In this document: piece after piece, positions 49,604-60,536 of the stretch
How the letters are laid out: every line of letters starts with the position of its first letter
How positions within the stretch are numbered: the first letter of the stretch is position 1
Assembly: GCA_035530655.1 (NCBI GenBank)
Contig: DATKUK010000102.1
Span: 143,199-207,198 of the forward strand
Direction: 5' to 3'
Source of the DNA: Phycisphaerae bacterium
GTDB taxonomy: Bacteria > Planctomycetota > Phycisphaerae > UBA1845 > DATKUK01
DNA length: 64,000 nucleotides
Made by a program: the position numbers and the translations under genes
Notes under the pieces: generated by a model
Databases searched by the model: none
What the model was told of the DNA's origin: nothing
The model's input: only the letters and a program-made list of their open reading frames with translations

Positions 49604-50755
49604 ATGTCGCCGGCACCGACCGACTTGGCCCGCCCCAAGAGCGTCCTCGGCCCCATCCTGGCTCCGCTGCTCATCCTCGGCCTGCTCTACGCCTTTATCT
49701 GCGCCATCAACGTGATGGGCGGCGGGCTGAAGATCCTCGCACAGGCGCCCGCCACCGAGGCCGCCATTCAAAGCCTCTTCGCCCGTGCCGCCAATCCGCT
49801 GGCCGGCTTGTTCGTCGGCATCCTGATCACGTCGTTCGTCCAGAGCTCGTCCTTCACTACCTCCCTGACGGTCGGGTTGGTCGCGACCGGCCAGATCTCG
49901 GTCGTCGGCGCCGTGCCGATCATCATGGGAGCCAATATCGGTACCAGTGTGACCAACATGTTGGTATCCCTGGGACACGTGTCGGCCAGACTGGAGTTTC
50001 GCCGAGCGTTTGGGGCCGCCATCGTTCACGACATATTCAACGTCCTCACGGTGGCCTTGATCCTGCCCATCGAACTGACCACCCATGCACTTAGCCGTGC
50101 CGCCATCGCCTTGGCTTCGGTTTTCATCAGCCCCACCGAGACCGTCCCCACCAATCCACTGAAGGCCGCCACCCAGCCCGTGGTCGACGGCGTTCGCGCC
50201 GGGCTGGAGCATCTGCTTGCCGCCAGAGAGGAGTGGCTCGGCGCCGTCATGGGCCTGATCGGCCTGGCAGCTCTGTTGCTGTCGCTGGTCCTGCTGGTGC
50301 GGGTGCTGAAGCGATTGGTCCTTTCTCGGCTCGAAGCCTTCTTCGCGCGTTATTTCTTCCGAAACTGGGCGTTGGCCCTGACCCTCGGGCTCTGCGTAAC
50401 CGTCCTGGTGCAATCCAGCAGTGTCACCACCAGCCTGGTCGTGCCGCTGGCGGGCGCCGGCGTCTTGCGGCTACCGCAGGTGTTTCCATATACCCTGGGA
50501 GCCAACATCGGCACCACGGTCACCAGCCTGCTCGCGGCAGCGGCGACCGGAACCCCTGCCGGCCTGGCGGTCGCGTTTGCTCACCTGCTTTTCAACGCGG
50601 CCGGGACCGCGATTTTCCTGCCGTTGCGCGCTATCCCGATTCGGTTGGCCCACTGGTATGCCACGCTGGCAGCCACGCGCAGGGGCCTTGCGCTGCTGTA
50701 TCTGGTCGTGGTGTTCTTTGTGCTGCCGTTTCTGTGTATCATGCTTAGCTGGTAG
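49604..50755 (+). CDS. Na+/phosphate cotransporter family protein (NptA-like)
   Basis: It is a polytopic membrane protein with the duplicated GANIGT(S/T)VT motif of the Na/Pi cotransporter II-related family. Confidence 0.8.
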   Translation: MSPAPTDLARPKSVLGPILAPLLILGLLYAFICAINVMGGGLKILAQAPATEAAIQSLFARAANPLAGLFVGILITSFVQSSSFTTSLTVGLVATGQISVVGAVPIIMGANIGTSVTNMLVSLGHVSARLEFRRAFGAAIVHDIFNVLTVALILPIELTTHALSRAAIALASVFISPTETVPTNPLKAATQPVVDGVRAGLEHLLAAREEWLGAVMGLIGLAALLLSLVLLVRVLKRLVLSRLEAFFARYFFRNWALALTLGLCVTVLVQSSSVTTSLVVPLAGAGVLRLPQVFPYTLGANIGTTVTSLLAAAATGTPAGLAVAFAHLLFNAAGTAIFLPLRAIPIRLAHWYATLAATRRGLALLYLVVVFFVLPFLCIMLSW

Positions 50756-50777
50756 ACGACCATGGAAGGCTTGAGTC

Positions 50778-51482
50778 ATGTTTAGCCAAATCCTCAAGGC
50801 GCTGCGCGCCAGGCGCATTGCCGAAGAGCTGCTGACCGAGTTGGACCAGATGCTCTCCCACACGGCCTGGATGTTCGATCGGGCCTCATCCGTGCTCCAG
50901 CGGACCGTCACGGCCGAGGAGGTTCGCGAAAGCCTGTATCGCCGCGACCGGGAAGTCAACGAACTCGAACGCAGCATGCGCCGAAAAATCATTCGCCATC
51001 TGACAATCAACCCCGGTAGCGAGGTCGCCGGCTGTCTAATGTTCATGTCGCTGGCCAAGGACGCCGAACGTATTGGCGACTATTGCAAGAACGTCTTTGA
51101 GGTGGGCGTGTTCTTCAGGCGTCAACTGCGTGCCCAGCACTACGCTGGACGGCTCAATGAGGTTCGCCAACAAGTGCAAGCGATGTTCGAGCAGGCCCGA
51201 CACGCTATCGGCCAGGCCGACCCGGATACGGCCAGGAACGTGATCGACAGCGCCGGACAAATCAGCAGAAAGTGCGAAGACGTGGTTCACCAGTTGCTTC
51301 AGGAGCATCACGAACTGGACACCGACGAGGCGGTCGCCTATTCGCTTCTCGCGCGCCACTACAAGCGCGTAAGCGCTCATCTAAGTAACATCTGCACGGC
51401 TGTGGTCAGCCCGATTGACATGCTCGATTTCCACGACGAGCCCACGCCGCCCGACGGTCCGCCTCCTCCAACCCAACCATGA
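50778..51482 (+). CDS. PhoU-domain phosphate-uptake regulator-like protein
   Basis: It has two helical PhoU-like repeats (DAERIGDYCKNV...). It is adjacent to the Na/Pi cotransporter gene, a common pairing. Confidence 0.65.
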   Translation: MFSQILKALRARRIAEELLTELDQMLSHTAWMFDRASSVLQRTVTAEEVRESLYRRDREVNELERSMRRKIIRHLTINPGSEVAGCLMFMSLAKDAERIGDYCKNVFEVGVFFRRQLRAQHYAGRLNEVRQQVQAMFEQARHAIGQADPDTARNVIDSAGQISRKCEDVVHQLLQEHHELDTDEAVAYSLLARHYKRVSAHLSNICTAVVSPIDMLDFHDEPTPPDGPPPPTQP

Positions 51483-51552
51483 GCCGCCGCAGCCAGGCTT
51501 TACGGTGCCTGCCCGATGTGTACCCCGTTCTGTTGCCCTTGCGGAGGTCGTT

Positions 51553-53208
51553 GTGAAGGCTTTGCGACGCGATCTTGAGCAAACGCTCATCACCGCAACA
51601 GAGGACCTGCTTTTCACGCGCCGTGCCGTCCAGCCGAAGATGCTGGCCCATTTCGCCCCAGCCGCCGCCCTTCTCTGGACAGGCCGATGTTGTGCCAGTC
51701 CGTTTGTGGGCAACCGCAGGCTCTTGCAGTTTGCCGGCCAAATGGGCGACGCCCTGGCGGCCGCCACGCGGAAAGAGCTCACGCCCCAGAGCAACCCCCC
51801 TCACCTCATACCTCATGCCCTCGCTGACGTGCTGACCCTGCTCGAACCCCAACTGCCTGCCGCTAGGCGCAAAAGGTGGCGCGAAACCCTCCGGGTGGCG
51901 GGTGGCGCACTGTCACAGTACCTCCGGGCCAAGCGCAGGCAACTTGGCAGACCCGGCCCGTACACCGGCACAGGTCCGAACCATCTGTTCCGTCACGCCG
52001 CCACGCTCTATCAAATTGGCCGTGTTCTGGGCAGCGCGCAATGGTCCCGCCAAGCGTCGGCGGCCCTGCGCCGCATGGTGGCGCTTCAGGACCCTCAGAC
52101 CGGATGTTTCCCCGAGCAGGACGGGCCGGTGGTCGCCTATCACTGGGTCACCCTTGACGGGCTGGCACGTTACCTGACCAGTGGCGGCGGCAGGTTTGCT
52201 CTCGAACCGCTCCAGCGAGGCATCGAGTACGCCGTCCGCCACCTCTATCCCGACCTCGTTCGCCTCGAGCTGTTCGACGAGCGAAACCGCCTGCGCCGAG
52301 ACGAAGGCGCGATGTTTCATCCCGAAACCTGCGTGTACCATCCTCAGGGCCGGCGCCTGCTCGCCTTGGTTTTGCAGAGGTGCCCGACGTTGGCCAGTCG
52401 ACTGGCCCAGATCAAGACGGGCCCAAGCGCCGGATACTCGCTTAGTGAGATCGCCCGTGCTTTGACTGTTGACTTCGATGCCTCGCAACGGGCGATTCCC
52501 GTCGAGTCTGCCAGCATGACGCTGCGAATGGATCATGCGGGCCTGTTGCGTCGACGCCACGGGTGGTTCTACGGGCTCAGTGCCTTGTCGGCGGCGGCCC
52601 AGCCCCATCACCCCTTCCACATGGACCGGACAGCCAACCTCGTCCTGTATCACGACCGCGTCGGGCGCATCGTGGCCGGCGGCTATGACAAGCACACCCT
52701 TGAGTCCGCCACATTCCGGATCGTCGAGTCGGGTGAATGCGGCTATTTTCCGGCCGTCGCGGGCCACCTTCGAAACGCTCGCGGATGCGATCGACTGGAA
52801 CTTGACTACGGTGCGGCACAAGCCCATCTGGAGGTCCGCGCCCACAGTGCGGAACGGTGCCGATTGACCGCGATTGGCTCTACCAACATGCATTGGCGAC
52901 AGGTGGATCTGAACCTTCAACTTTGGCTGCCGCACGGTCAGACGATCCATCTGGGCGCCCGCCGGACTCGACGGGTCCTGCGTCCCCGACAGGGAACAAA
53001 GTCGTGGCCCACAGATGGAGTCATTGAACTGCCCGGGCGATACCGAATTCAGACCGTTCGCGACGCCGAGTTGATCTGGCCCTACTGCGCGTACAACGTC
53101 TACGGCGGACCGCCCCACCTGATGCCCCCCGATGAGGCCGTCGCCATTCTTCGCGTCCCTCTCGAGCCGGTCCGCAACCGTGCCGACGTGACGTTCCATT
53201 TGGACTAG
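51553..53208 (+). CDS. hypothetical protein (possible alpha/alpha-toroid, heparinase II/III-like; speculative)
   Basis: It is a 551-aa ORF. The start chosen is GTG 51553, preceded by GGAGG 6 nt upstream. I recognise no diagnostic motif. Confidence 0.55.
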   Translation: MKALRRDLEQTLITATEDLLFTRRAVQPKMLAHFAPAAALLWTGRCCASPFVGNRRLLQFAGQMGDALAAATRKELTPQSNPPHLIPHALADVLTLLEPQLPAARRKRWRETLRVAGGALSQYLRAKRRQLGRPGPYTGTGPNHLFRHAATLYQIGRVLGSAQWSRQASAALRRMVALQDPQTGCFPEQDGPVVAYHWVTLDGLARYLTSGGGRFALEPLQRGIEYAVRHLYPDLVRLELFDERNRLRRDEGAMFHPETCVYHPQGRRLLALVLQRCPTLASRLAQIKTGPSAGYSLSEIARALTVDFDASQRAIPVESASMTLRMDHAGLLRRRHGWFYGLSALSAAAQPHHPFHMDRTANLVLYHDRVGRIVAGGYDKHTLESATFRIVESGECGYFPAVAGHLRNARGCDRLELDYGAAQAHLEVRAHSAERCRLTAIGSTNMHWRQVDLNLQLWLPHGQTIHLGARRTRRVLRPRQGTKSWPTDGVIELPGRYRIQTVRDAELIWPYCAYNVYGGPPHLMPPDEAVAILRVPLEPVRNRADVTFHLD

Positions 53209-53309
53209 CCGGCCGGTCTGTAGCGCATGGCTGGCCATGGCCGATAAACCATTAAGTGCTAACACTGCGGAGTGAGTGCGCGCGGAAGGTCAGTCTCAGG
53301 GACGCGCCA

Positions 53310-55838
53310 ATGTCAGACGCCTCACAATCCATACGCAGAATCCCCACCGTCCATGCGGTGCTCGTCCTGCTCGTGCTGACTTTTCTCCTGGCGGCAACGT
53401 GCACGTTTAGTCCGAGCGATTGGCCCAGCACGAAAACGTGGCCCCATCCACAGTCGGTGCACAACGCCTGCGGCAGAATCGGCGCGTGGGTGGCATACCA
53501 ACTGTTCCACTGGATTGGACATGGTGTTTACCCCCTGCTTCTGCTGTCGGCGCTGGTGGCCCTCCGGGCGCTTTGGGGTCGGTCTGTCAATGACTTACCG
53601 CTTCGCGTCGTCGGGATCGCTGTGACCTCCGTCGTCGTGGCGACCTCCGCCCGGATGATCTGGCCTGGTTCCGATAGCTCCTTACCCGAGGGTTATGGGG
53701 GCATCATCGGTATCGCCCTGGCGAGCGCTATGCGATCGCAGTTCGGCGCCCTTGGGTCATGCGTGGTTCTGCTGTGCGGCCTGTGCACCGGCCTGCTGCT
53801 GGCGGCCGACGATGCACTTCGCGCGGCCCCGCCGATCCTGCTATGGGCGATCAAGCAAAGCATCGGTCTGCGCGCGGCCCTACCGGTCGTCCCGGGCAAA
53901 AAGCCGCGCCGTGCCGACGCCCCACACCAGCCGATGGTCGACGCCCCGCCGGTCGACAGCACCGCTGCCACAGAGGAGGACAGGGACCAGCCGCCAGCCG
54001 AACCTGTCATCAACACCGGCAGAAGCCGCCTGTTGGCCGTACAGCACGAGAATCTCGCCGCGCTCGATGCATCCGCCGATGTGGCCCGCGTCGCGCGTGA
54101 ACCGGACCAGACGTTGCTTGACGAACCCCCCACCGATACGGGCGAGGATGACCTACCGACCCAGGCAGACCAGGATGCACCCCAAGAAAGCGACGCTGTA
54201 GAGGCCGGCGATCCATCCGTTGACGAGGCAGCACCTGAATTCGTTGCCGACGAGGAGGATGTCTTGGCGTCTGAGGATCTCGCGCCGCCCCGGAACGTGG
54301 CTGTCGAGCACGTCGAAGACTGGGCGGGCGCGTCGCCGCAGCAACTGGGCGAGTATGAGCTGCCCCCACTGACGCTGCTCGACGAGCCGCAGTACGAGCC
54401 ACCCCTTGACCATGAGAGCGTCGTCAAGGGCAAGGCCCGCCTCCTGGAGAGAACGCTGGCCGACTTCCGCGTTCAGGCCCGCGTCGTCCAGGTCGACACC
54501 GGTCCGGTGGTGGCCATGTACGAACTCGAGCTGGCCCCGGGGGTGAAGGTCAGTCAAATCCATGCCCTGGCCCACGACATGGCCCGGGTGCTCAAGGCCC
54601 CCGCCGTCCGCGTGGTCGCCCCCATCCCCGGTAAGAACACCATTGGTGTGGAAGTACCGAACATCGACAAGGAAAAGGTTCGCCTGCGAGAGCTACTGGC
54701 CCTGGCCGGCAACTCGGTCGGTCGCACGACGTTGCCCCTGTGCCTGGGCAAGGACGCCAGCGGCAATCCCCTCGTCGTCGATCTGGCCACCATGCCTCAC
54801 CTGCTCATTGCCGGCACGACCGGCTCGGGTAAGAGTGTCTGCATCAGCGCCCTGGTCATGAGCATCCTGATGACGCAGCGGCCCGATCGCGTGAAGCTCA
54901 TTCTGGTGGACCCGAAGATGGTCGAACTCAGCGTCTTCCGAGACGTGCCGCACCTGATGTGCCCGATCGTCACCGACATGCAGCAGGCGGAGATGATCCT
55001 CGATTGGGCCGCTACCAAGATGGACGAGCGCTATGAACTGCTGGCCGAAGCCGGGGTACGCAATATCCAGGCATACAACCAGCTTGGCCCGGATCAGATC
55101 GTGGAACGCTTCAACCCCACCACAGAAGACGAAGCAAGCCGCATCCCTCAGTACTTGCCCCACATCATCATTGTCATCGACGAGTTGGCCGACCTGATGA
55201 TGATCGCCGCCAAGAACGTCGAGCACCATCTGTCGCGTTTGGCACAAAAGAGCCGGGCTGTCGGCATCCACATCATCGTGGCCACCCAGCGCCCGCAGGC
55301 CAACATCGTGACCGGTCTGATCAAGTCCAACATTCCATGCCGCATCGCGTTCCGCGTCGCCAGCCGCATGGATTCACGTATCGTACTCGACCAGAACGGC
55401 GCCGAGGTCCTCATGGGGGCGGGCGACATGCTCTTCCTGCCGCCCGGATCGGCCAAGCTGCGGCGGGCGCAGGGCACGTTCGTCGAGGATCTGGAACTGC
55501 GGCGCGTTTTGGACCACCTCAAGGGCTCGGTGGGCCAGCAGTTCCACACGGAGCTGGTCAACCTCCGCAACGGCGGCGTAGACGATGGACCACGTGACGA
55601 GTTGTTCGACCAGGCCGCTCAGATCGTGATCGAGACACGACGCGGCAGCGTCAGCCTGCTCCAGCGCCGCTTGACCATCGGCTACGCCCGGGCCTCGCGC
55701 CTCATCGATCAGCTCGCAGCCGCCGGCGTGGTCGGCCCATATAAGGGCTCGCAGGCCCGCGAGGTCATCATGACCGTCGAGCAGTGGGAGGCGGTCCAGC
55801 AGCAGGAACAGTTCGAGCTGCAAGAGGTGGACGAGTAA
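53310..55838 (+). CDS. ftsK: DNA translocase FtsK/SpoIIIE
   Basis: It has N-terminal TM helices and an acidic linker. The motor reads LLIAGTTGSGKSVCISALVMSIL...LILVDPKMVELS...VIDELADLMM, with the C-terminal gamma domain GYARASRLIDQL. Confidence 0.9.
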   Translation: MSDASQSIRRIPTVHAVLVLLVLTFLLAATCTFSPSDWPSTKTWPHPQSVHNACGRIGAWVAYQLFHWIGHGVYPLLLLSALVALRALWGRSVNDLPLRVVGIAVTSVVVATSARMIWPGSDSSLPEGYGGIIGIALASAMRSQFGALGSCVVLLCGLCTGLLLAADDALRAAPPILLWAIKQSIGLRAALPVVPGKKPRRADAPHQPMVDAPPVDSTAATEEDRDQPPAEPVINTGRSRLLAVQHENLAALDASADVARVAREPDQTLLDEPPTDTGEDDLPTQADQDAPQESDAVEAGDPSVDEAAPEFVADEEDVLASEDLAPPRNVAVEHVEDWAGASPQQLGEYELPPLTLLDEPQYEPPLDHESVVKGKARLLERTLADFRVQARVVQVDTGPVVAMYELELAPGVKVSQIHALAHDMARVLKAPAVRVVAPIPGKNTIGVEVPNIDKEKVRLRELLALAGNSVGRTTLPLCLGKDASGNPLVVDLATMPHLLIAGTTGSGKSVCISALVMSILMTQRPDRVKLILVDPKMVELSVFRDVPHLMCPIVTDMQQAEMILDWAATKMDERYELLAEAGVRNIQAYNQLGPDQIVERFNPTTEDEASRIPQYLPHIIIVIDELADLMMIAAKNVEHHLSRLAQKSRAVGIHIIVATQRPQANIVTGLIKSNIPCRIAFRVASRMDSRIVLDQNGAEVLMGAGDMLFLPPGSAKLRRAQGTFVEDLELRRVLDHLKGSVGQQFHTELVNLRNGGVDDGPRDELFDQAAQIVIETRRGSVSLLQRRLTIGYARASRLIDQLAAAGVVGPYKGSQAREVIMTVEQWEAVQQQEQFELQEVDE

Positions 55839-55880
55839 CCTGGGCCGGTCCGCCCTGCCAGTAGCGAAGGCCACTACCTG

Positions 55881-57008
55881 TCAGCCGGTTCGCGAGGCGG
55901 CGCGAAGCACCTTTCCAACGTACGCGTCGGCGTCGGCCTCCTCAACGCCCTGGACCTGGAAGATGATGCCCCGCCCACCCTTCGTATACTCGATCGCTTC
56001 GAAGATTTCGTGCGGTTCCATCGCCCACGTCTGAACCCGCTTACCCGCCGCGAGAATCCGCTTGAACACGTCGGGCCACTTGCACGGGTTGGCCTTACCC
56101 GCCCCGGGCACCCACTGAATGCCTCGCAGTTCGTCGATGCCCAGAAACAGATCCAGGTGCGGCAACTGCCCCACCCCATCGAGGTGATAGAAGCCGTGGT
56201 CCACTCGTCGGCAGCACTCGGTGAGTTCGGGTATCACCAGACGCCCGCACATCGCGGGACCGATCATGTAGGCGAAATCACTCTGAAACATATAGGTTCG
56301 CTTCGGCGACCACACCGGAGCCCAGGCCATGCATCCCGGCGAGTGGCCCTTAAGAATGGCGTAGAAATGCTCGTAGTACACCCACCACGCGTCGAATACC
56401 TCCCATACCAGGCGCTCAACCTCATCCGGCGCGTCCATCACGTCAGTCAGCAGTGTCTCGGTCGTTCGGATACTCGCCAGGATATCCAGCATGCCCCCCA
56501 GATCGGGCAGCGTGATCTGCGTCTTGCCGCCGATCCGCTCCACGATCGCCCGCATATAGCGGTCGTTGTGAATGAACCATTCCGTGTCAGTCCGCGGCTC
56601 GACCCGCAGACCGGCCAACTCGGTATCGACGGCCGGATAAAACCATACCCCGCCATCCCCAGAGTACTGGGCACGGGCCAATCCCGTGTACGCCGCCGCC
56701 GAGCCTGCACCGTAGTTCGTGAACAGATATGGATAGCCGTCCCCGGCGTACCAGGTTGCCCGTACATTCGCTTCGGCGATGTCTACGATCTGCTCGACAG
56801 GCATGTCGCCGTAGGCCGGGATATACCCCTGCCACGGCTGGGTGGCCGGTGCGTCCTTCCGGTGTCCCGACAAAAGAACCAAAGGCCGATCGAGTTCACC
56901 GGCCCAGAACGCCTCGTGCGACTGTCGAACCGGGCCGAAATCGAAGTCCTGATAGCACGTCGGCATACCGCCGCTCCCTTCTTGTAGAACGCTGTCCCAA
57001 CACGACAC
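55881..57008 (-). CDS. hypothetical protein (possible UroD/MtaA-like TIM-barrel; low confidence)
   Basis: It is a 375-aa ORF convergent with ftsK. I see no firm motif. Confidence 0.5.
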   Translation of the reverse strand: MSCWDSVLQEGSGGMPTCYQDFDFGPVRQSHEAFWAGELDRPLVLLSGHRKDAPATQPWQGYIPAYGDMPVEQIVDIAEANVRATWYAGDGYPYLFTNYGAGSAAAYTGLARAQYSGDGGVWFYPAVDTELAGLRVEPRTDTEWFIHNDRYMRAIVERIGGKTQITLPDLGGMLDILASIRTTETLLTDVMDAPDEVERLVWEVFDAWWVYYEHFYAILKGHSPGCMAWAPVWSPKRTYMFQSDFAYMIGPAMCGRLVIPELTECCRRVDHGFYHLDGVGQLPHLDLFLGIDELRGIQWVPGAGKANPCKWPDVFKRILAAGKRVQTWAMEPHEIFEAIEYTKGGRGIIFQVQGVEEADADAYVGKVLRAASRTG

Positions 57009-57039
57009 CCAAACTTCAGGAGCGCCCGCGCCGTGGGCG

Positions 57040-57552
57040 TCACCAATGCGGCTCGTGCCCGGATTCCTCCTCCGGGTCGAAGCCGAACCGTCGCAGCCAG
57101 TCGTCTACTTCGTCCGGTGGCGTGCCCTTGCGCTTCTCAGGGGGCTCAGACGGCACACGCGGCGGCCTCGAAAGCACCCGCACCATCAACTCCAGGAACT
57201 CGGCCGACGTGGCATGTCGACATCGGCGACGTCGAGCAGCCTGCCGGATAGCTCGATCGGTGCTGACCACTATCAACCGTCGCGGCGATGAACTGGCGCG
57301 AATCTGCTCGCCGATCACCTCGTCCGCCGATCGCCCCGCCCCGCTGTAGAGCACGTCTACGCCTTCGGCGTGCAACTGACCAGCCAGCGCGTCCGACGGC
57401 GCCACGCCGTCGAACACCAGCAAAACCGGCTCACCCACCCTTTGCGACCAAGAGGCCACCATCTCGCAGAGTTGCCTGCGCCCAAGCTGCGAGCAGCCCT
57501 CCACGCCGCGTGCCGCATGCAGCAGGTTGTAGCCATCGATCACAACGGGCAT
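57040..57552 (-). CDS. NYN/YacP-like PIN-fold domain protein
   Basis: MPVVIDGYNLLHA...LLVFDG...DVLYSG...ADEVI is the YacP-like NYN pattern. The longest ORF extends to 57597. Confidence 0.6.
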   Translation of the reverse strand: MPVVIDGYNLLHAARGVEGCSQLGRRQLCEMVASWSQRVGEPVLLVFDGVAPSDALAGQLHAEGVDVLYSGAGRSADEVIGEQIRASSSPRRLIVVSTDRAIRQAARRRRCRHATSAEFLELMVRVLSRPPRVPSEPPEKRKGTPPDEVDDWLRRFGFDPEEESGHEPHW

Positions 57553-57610
57553 GGTCTTGACGGGGCAACTGGCGTTCGGTTGGACAGCAATCCCCACCCA
57601 TCAAGCGACG

Positions 57611-58906
57611 CTACAGTTTCACACCGTCCGGGTCCCGGTGCTTGATCCGGCCGCCGACGATCGTCATCACGGCCTTCGCCGGCACTTCCGTCCCGTTGAA
57701 CGGGCAGTTGCGGCTCTTGGAGGCAAACCTGGTCACGTCGATCCGCCACGACCGGTTGGGGGCGATCAGGGTCACGTCCGCATCACTTCCAGGATGCAGA
57801 GACCCTTTCTTCAGCCTAAGAACCTGCGCCGGTTTGATGGTCATGGCGGCAATCAGCGTAGGCCAGTCAATCAATCCCGGCTCGATCAGCGCTCGGGCAA
57901 ACAGTCCTAAGGAGCTCTCCAGGCCGATCATGCCGAACGGGGCCGCCAGGAACTCCAGCTCCTTCGCTTCCGCACCATGGGGAGCATGGTCGCTCACCAG
58001 GCAATCGATCGTCCCGTCCACCACGCCCTGCAGGCACGCTTCCACGTCAGCCTTCGTCCGAAGCGGCGGATTCACCTTGAAGTTCGCGTCGTACGCCGCA
58101 CAGGCCTCTTCGGTCAACAACAGGTGGTGCGGACACACCTCCGAGGTCACCATTGGCCCCTCAGCCTTGGCTCGCCGCAGCAGCGCCACGGCACGTGCAG
58201 TCGACACGTGCGCCACGTGGTACCGGCACTCAGCCGTCCGCGCCAGGACGATGTCGCGCTGGACGATCAACTCTTCGCCGATGGGCGATATACCCGGCAG
58301 GCCCAGGCGGATCGCCGTTGCGCCCCCGTTCATCACGCCCTCGCCCGCCAGCTCCGGATCCTCGCAATGCTGGATGATGCACCGATCGAACATGGTGACA
58401 TACTGCATGGCCTTGAGCATTACGCCGCTCTTGGCGATGCACGCGCCGTCGTCGCTGAACGCCACCGCGCCGGCCCGCACCATCTGACCCATCTCGGCCA
58501 ACTCCGCACCGGCGCGTCCCTTCGTGGCCGCCCCTATCGGATAAACGTTGCACTGATCTGCCCGCAACGCCTGACGGTAAACGAAATCAATGTCGGCCTC
58601 CGTGTCGAGCGGTGGGCTCGTGTTGGGCATGCACGCCACGCTCGTGAACCCCCCTGCCACGGCAGCGGCCGATCCCGACGCGATGGTCTCAGCCTCCTCG
58701 CCGCCCGGTTCGCGGAAGTGCACGTGCATGTCGATTAGCCCGGGGCAGACGATGAGGCCTCTGGCGTCAATCGTCTCATCGGCCTGGCCCACCCGACCGA
58801 TTTGCTCCACCTTGCCCTCGGCCAGCAGCAAATCCGCTTGTGTATCCAGATTTTGTGAGGGATCGATGATCCGCCCGTTCGTGATCTTTATGCTCGGTAT
58901 AGCCAT
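57611..58906 (-). CDS. pyrC: dihydroorotase
   Basis: It reads PGLIDMHVHFREPG, with the carboxylated-Lys region and HVSTA, DHAPH. Confidence 0.9.
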   Translation of the reverse strand: MAIPSIKITNGRIIDPSQNLDTQADLLLAEGKVEQIGRVGQADETIDARGLIVCPGLIDMHVHFREPGGEEAETIASGSAAAVAGGFTSVACMPNTSPPLDTEADIDFVYRQALRADQCNVYPIGAATKGRAGAELAEMGQMVRAGAVAFSDDGACIAKSGVMLKAMQYVTMFDRCIIQHCEDPELAGEGVMNGGATAIRLGLPGISPIGEELIVQRDIVLARTAECRYHVAHVSTARAVALLRRAKAEGPMVTSEVCPHHLLLTEEACAAYDANFKVNPPLRTKADVEACLQGVVDGTIDCLVSDHAPHGAEAKELEFLAAPFGMIGLESSLGLFARALIEPGLIDWPTLIAAMTIKPAQVLRLKKGSLHPGSDADVTLIAPNRSWRIDVTRFASKSRNCPFNGTEVPAKAVMTIVGGRIKHRDPDGVKL

Positions 58907-58931
58907 TTCAGCGTAATACGCGGCGACTTGG

Positions 58932-59882
58932 TCACGCCGCCTTTGAGCTCGCCTGGTTCAACAGGAACAACACAGCCATGCGCACGGCCAGGCCGTTACT
59001 TACCTGGCGCAGGATCGCACTCTGCGCGCCGTCCGCTACGTCGCTGGCGATCTCGACCCCCCGATTGATCGGCCCGGGGTGCATCACCAGCAGATCGGGC
59101 TTGGCCCGGGCCAACCGCTCACGTGTCAGCCCGAACAGACGCGAATACTCCTGCACGCTCGGGAAGACGCTGCTGGTGATCCGCTCGTTCTGCACCCGCA
59201 ACATGTTGACCACGTCGACGCGCCCGATCACGTCGTCCAGGTCGCAGCTCAGCGAGGCCCCCATTTCCCTGAACGCCTTGGGCAGCAGCGTCGCCGGCCC
59301 GATGAGCGTGACCTCGGCTCCGAGCTTGCGCAGCCCGAACAGATCGGACCGCGCAACCCGCGAGTGCGCGATGTCGCCCACGATCGCCACCTTTAGACCC
59401 TCAATACGACCTTTCATTTCGCGGATCGTAAACAAATCCAGCAGCCCCTGTGTCGGGTGCTCGTGCTGTCCGTCGCCGGCGTTCACCACGCTGGGCTCGA
59501 TGCACCGGGTCAGGTAATGCGGTGCCCCCGCCGCCGGATGGCGAACCACTACCAGATCCACGCCCATGGCTTCAATGTTGCGTGCCGTGTCGCGAAGCGT
59601 CTCACCCTTACTCACCGACGATGTCCTGGCTGAAAACTCCAGGACGTCTGCGCTCAACCGGCTGGCTGCCAACGCGAAGCTCGTTCGCGTCCGGGTGGAG
59701 TCCTCGAAGAACAGGTTCACCACCACCTTGCCGCGAAGGGCCGGCACCTTCTTGATGCTCCGGGTGGATACCTCTTTGAACCCGGTAGCCGTATCCAGAA
59801 TGTGCTCCAACTCTGCCCTGGAAAGGTCCTCCAGGCCCAACAGATGCCGTCGCCGCCAGACGAACGCTTTCTCCTTGCTCAT
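58932..59882 (-). CDS. pyrB: aspartate carbamoyltransferase catalytic subunit
   Basis: It reads [16 protein letters not shown] and HPGP. The start is MSKEKAF, overlapping the pyrR stop by 4 nt. Confidence 0.92.
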   Translation of the reverse strand: MSKEKAFVWRRRHLLGLEDLSRAELEHILDTATGFKEVSTRSIKKVPALRGKVVVNLFFEDSTRTRTSFALAASRLSADVLEFSARTSSVSKGETLRDTARNIEAMGVDLVVVRHPAAGAPHYLTRCIEPSVVNAGDGQHEHPTQGLLDLFTIREMKGRIEGLKVAIVGDIAHSRVARSDLFGLRKLGAEVTLIGPATLLPKAFREMGASLSCDLDDVIGRVDVVNMLRVQNERITSSVFPSVQEYSRLFGLTRERLARAKPDLLVMHPGPINRGVEIASDVADGAQSAILRQVSNGLAVRMAVLFLLNQASSKAA

Positions 59883-60403
59883 CGACCCTCCACCCCATCG
59901 CAACCGTCCACCTCTTGGAGATTGACCTTTACATGCTGACTGCCTTGTTCAAGCGACAGCCCCACAAACTCGGCCTGGATGGGAAGTTCGCGACCTCGTC
60001 GCTCAACCAGAACCGCCAGCCGAATGGCTTGTGGGCGGCCCAGGTCCGCCAGCGCGTCCAACGCCGCCCGCACCGTACGCCCGGTGTACAGCACATCGTC
60101 GACCAGCACCAGGTACCTATCCGTGATATCGAAGTCGATTAGCGTCGCCCGCACCTCCGCCGTCCCGCCCTTCTGGGCCAGGTCATCGCGATACAAAGTA
60201 ATATCCAGTGCCCCGTGTGCTGAAGGAGAGATGCCCATCGACGAAAGCAGCCGGCTTAGCCGCCTTGCCAGCACGTCGCCCCGCCTGCGAATGCCAATGA
60301 CCGCCAACTCCGCACCAGGTGGGATCGACCGCGCGATGTCTGTGGCCATCCGTTCCAGGGCCCGCGCAATACCCCGACCATCCAGCAGAGCCGTTTTACC
60401 CAT
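59879..60403 (-). CDS. pyrR: bifunctional pyrimidine regulator/uracil phosphoribosyltransferase PyrR
   Basis: The PRPP-binding motif is [22 protein letters not shown]. It is 174 aa. Confidence 0.9.
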   Translation of the reverse strand: MGKTALLDGRGIARALERMATDIARSIPPGAELAVIGIRRRGDVLARRLSRLLSSMGISPSAHGALDITLYRDDLAQKGGTAEVRATLIDFDITDRYLVLVDDVLYTGRTVRAALDALADLGRPQAIRLAVLVERRGRELPIQAEFVGLSLEQGSQHVKVNLQEVDGCDGVEGR

Positions 60404-60474
60404 CGCGTCGATAGATTAGCTCACCGCGCCCCAGCCCACAAGCGCAAGGCCATTGGCCACACTGCTTACGCGGG

Positions 60475-60514
60475 CGACAAAGAAAAAGCCGGGCCCGCCG
60501 CCGGACCCGGCCCC
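60475..60514 (-). terminator. rho-independent terminator for folC (GC-rich hairpin plus T-run on the minus strand), in the pyrR leader region
   Basis: The minus-strand read is GCCGGGTCCG-GCGG-CGGGCCCGGC followed by TTTTTCTTTG. Confidence 0.55.
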
Positions 60515-60536
60515 TATCGCACGATCGTCTACGCGC

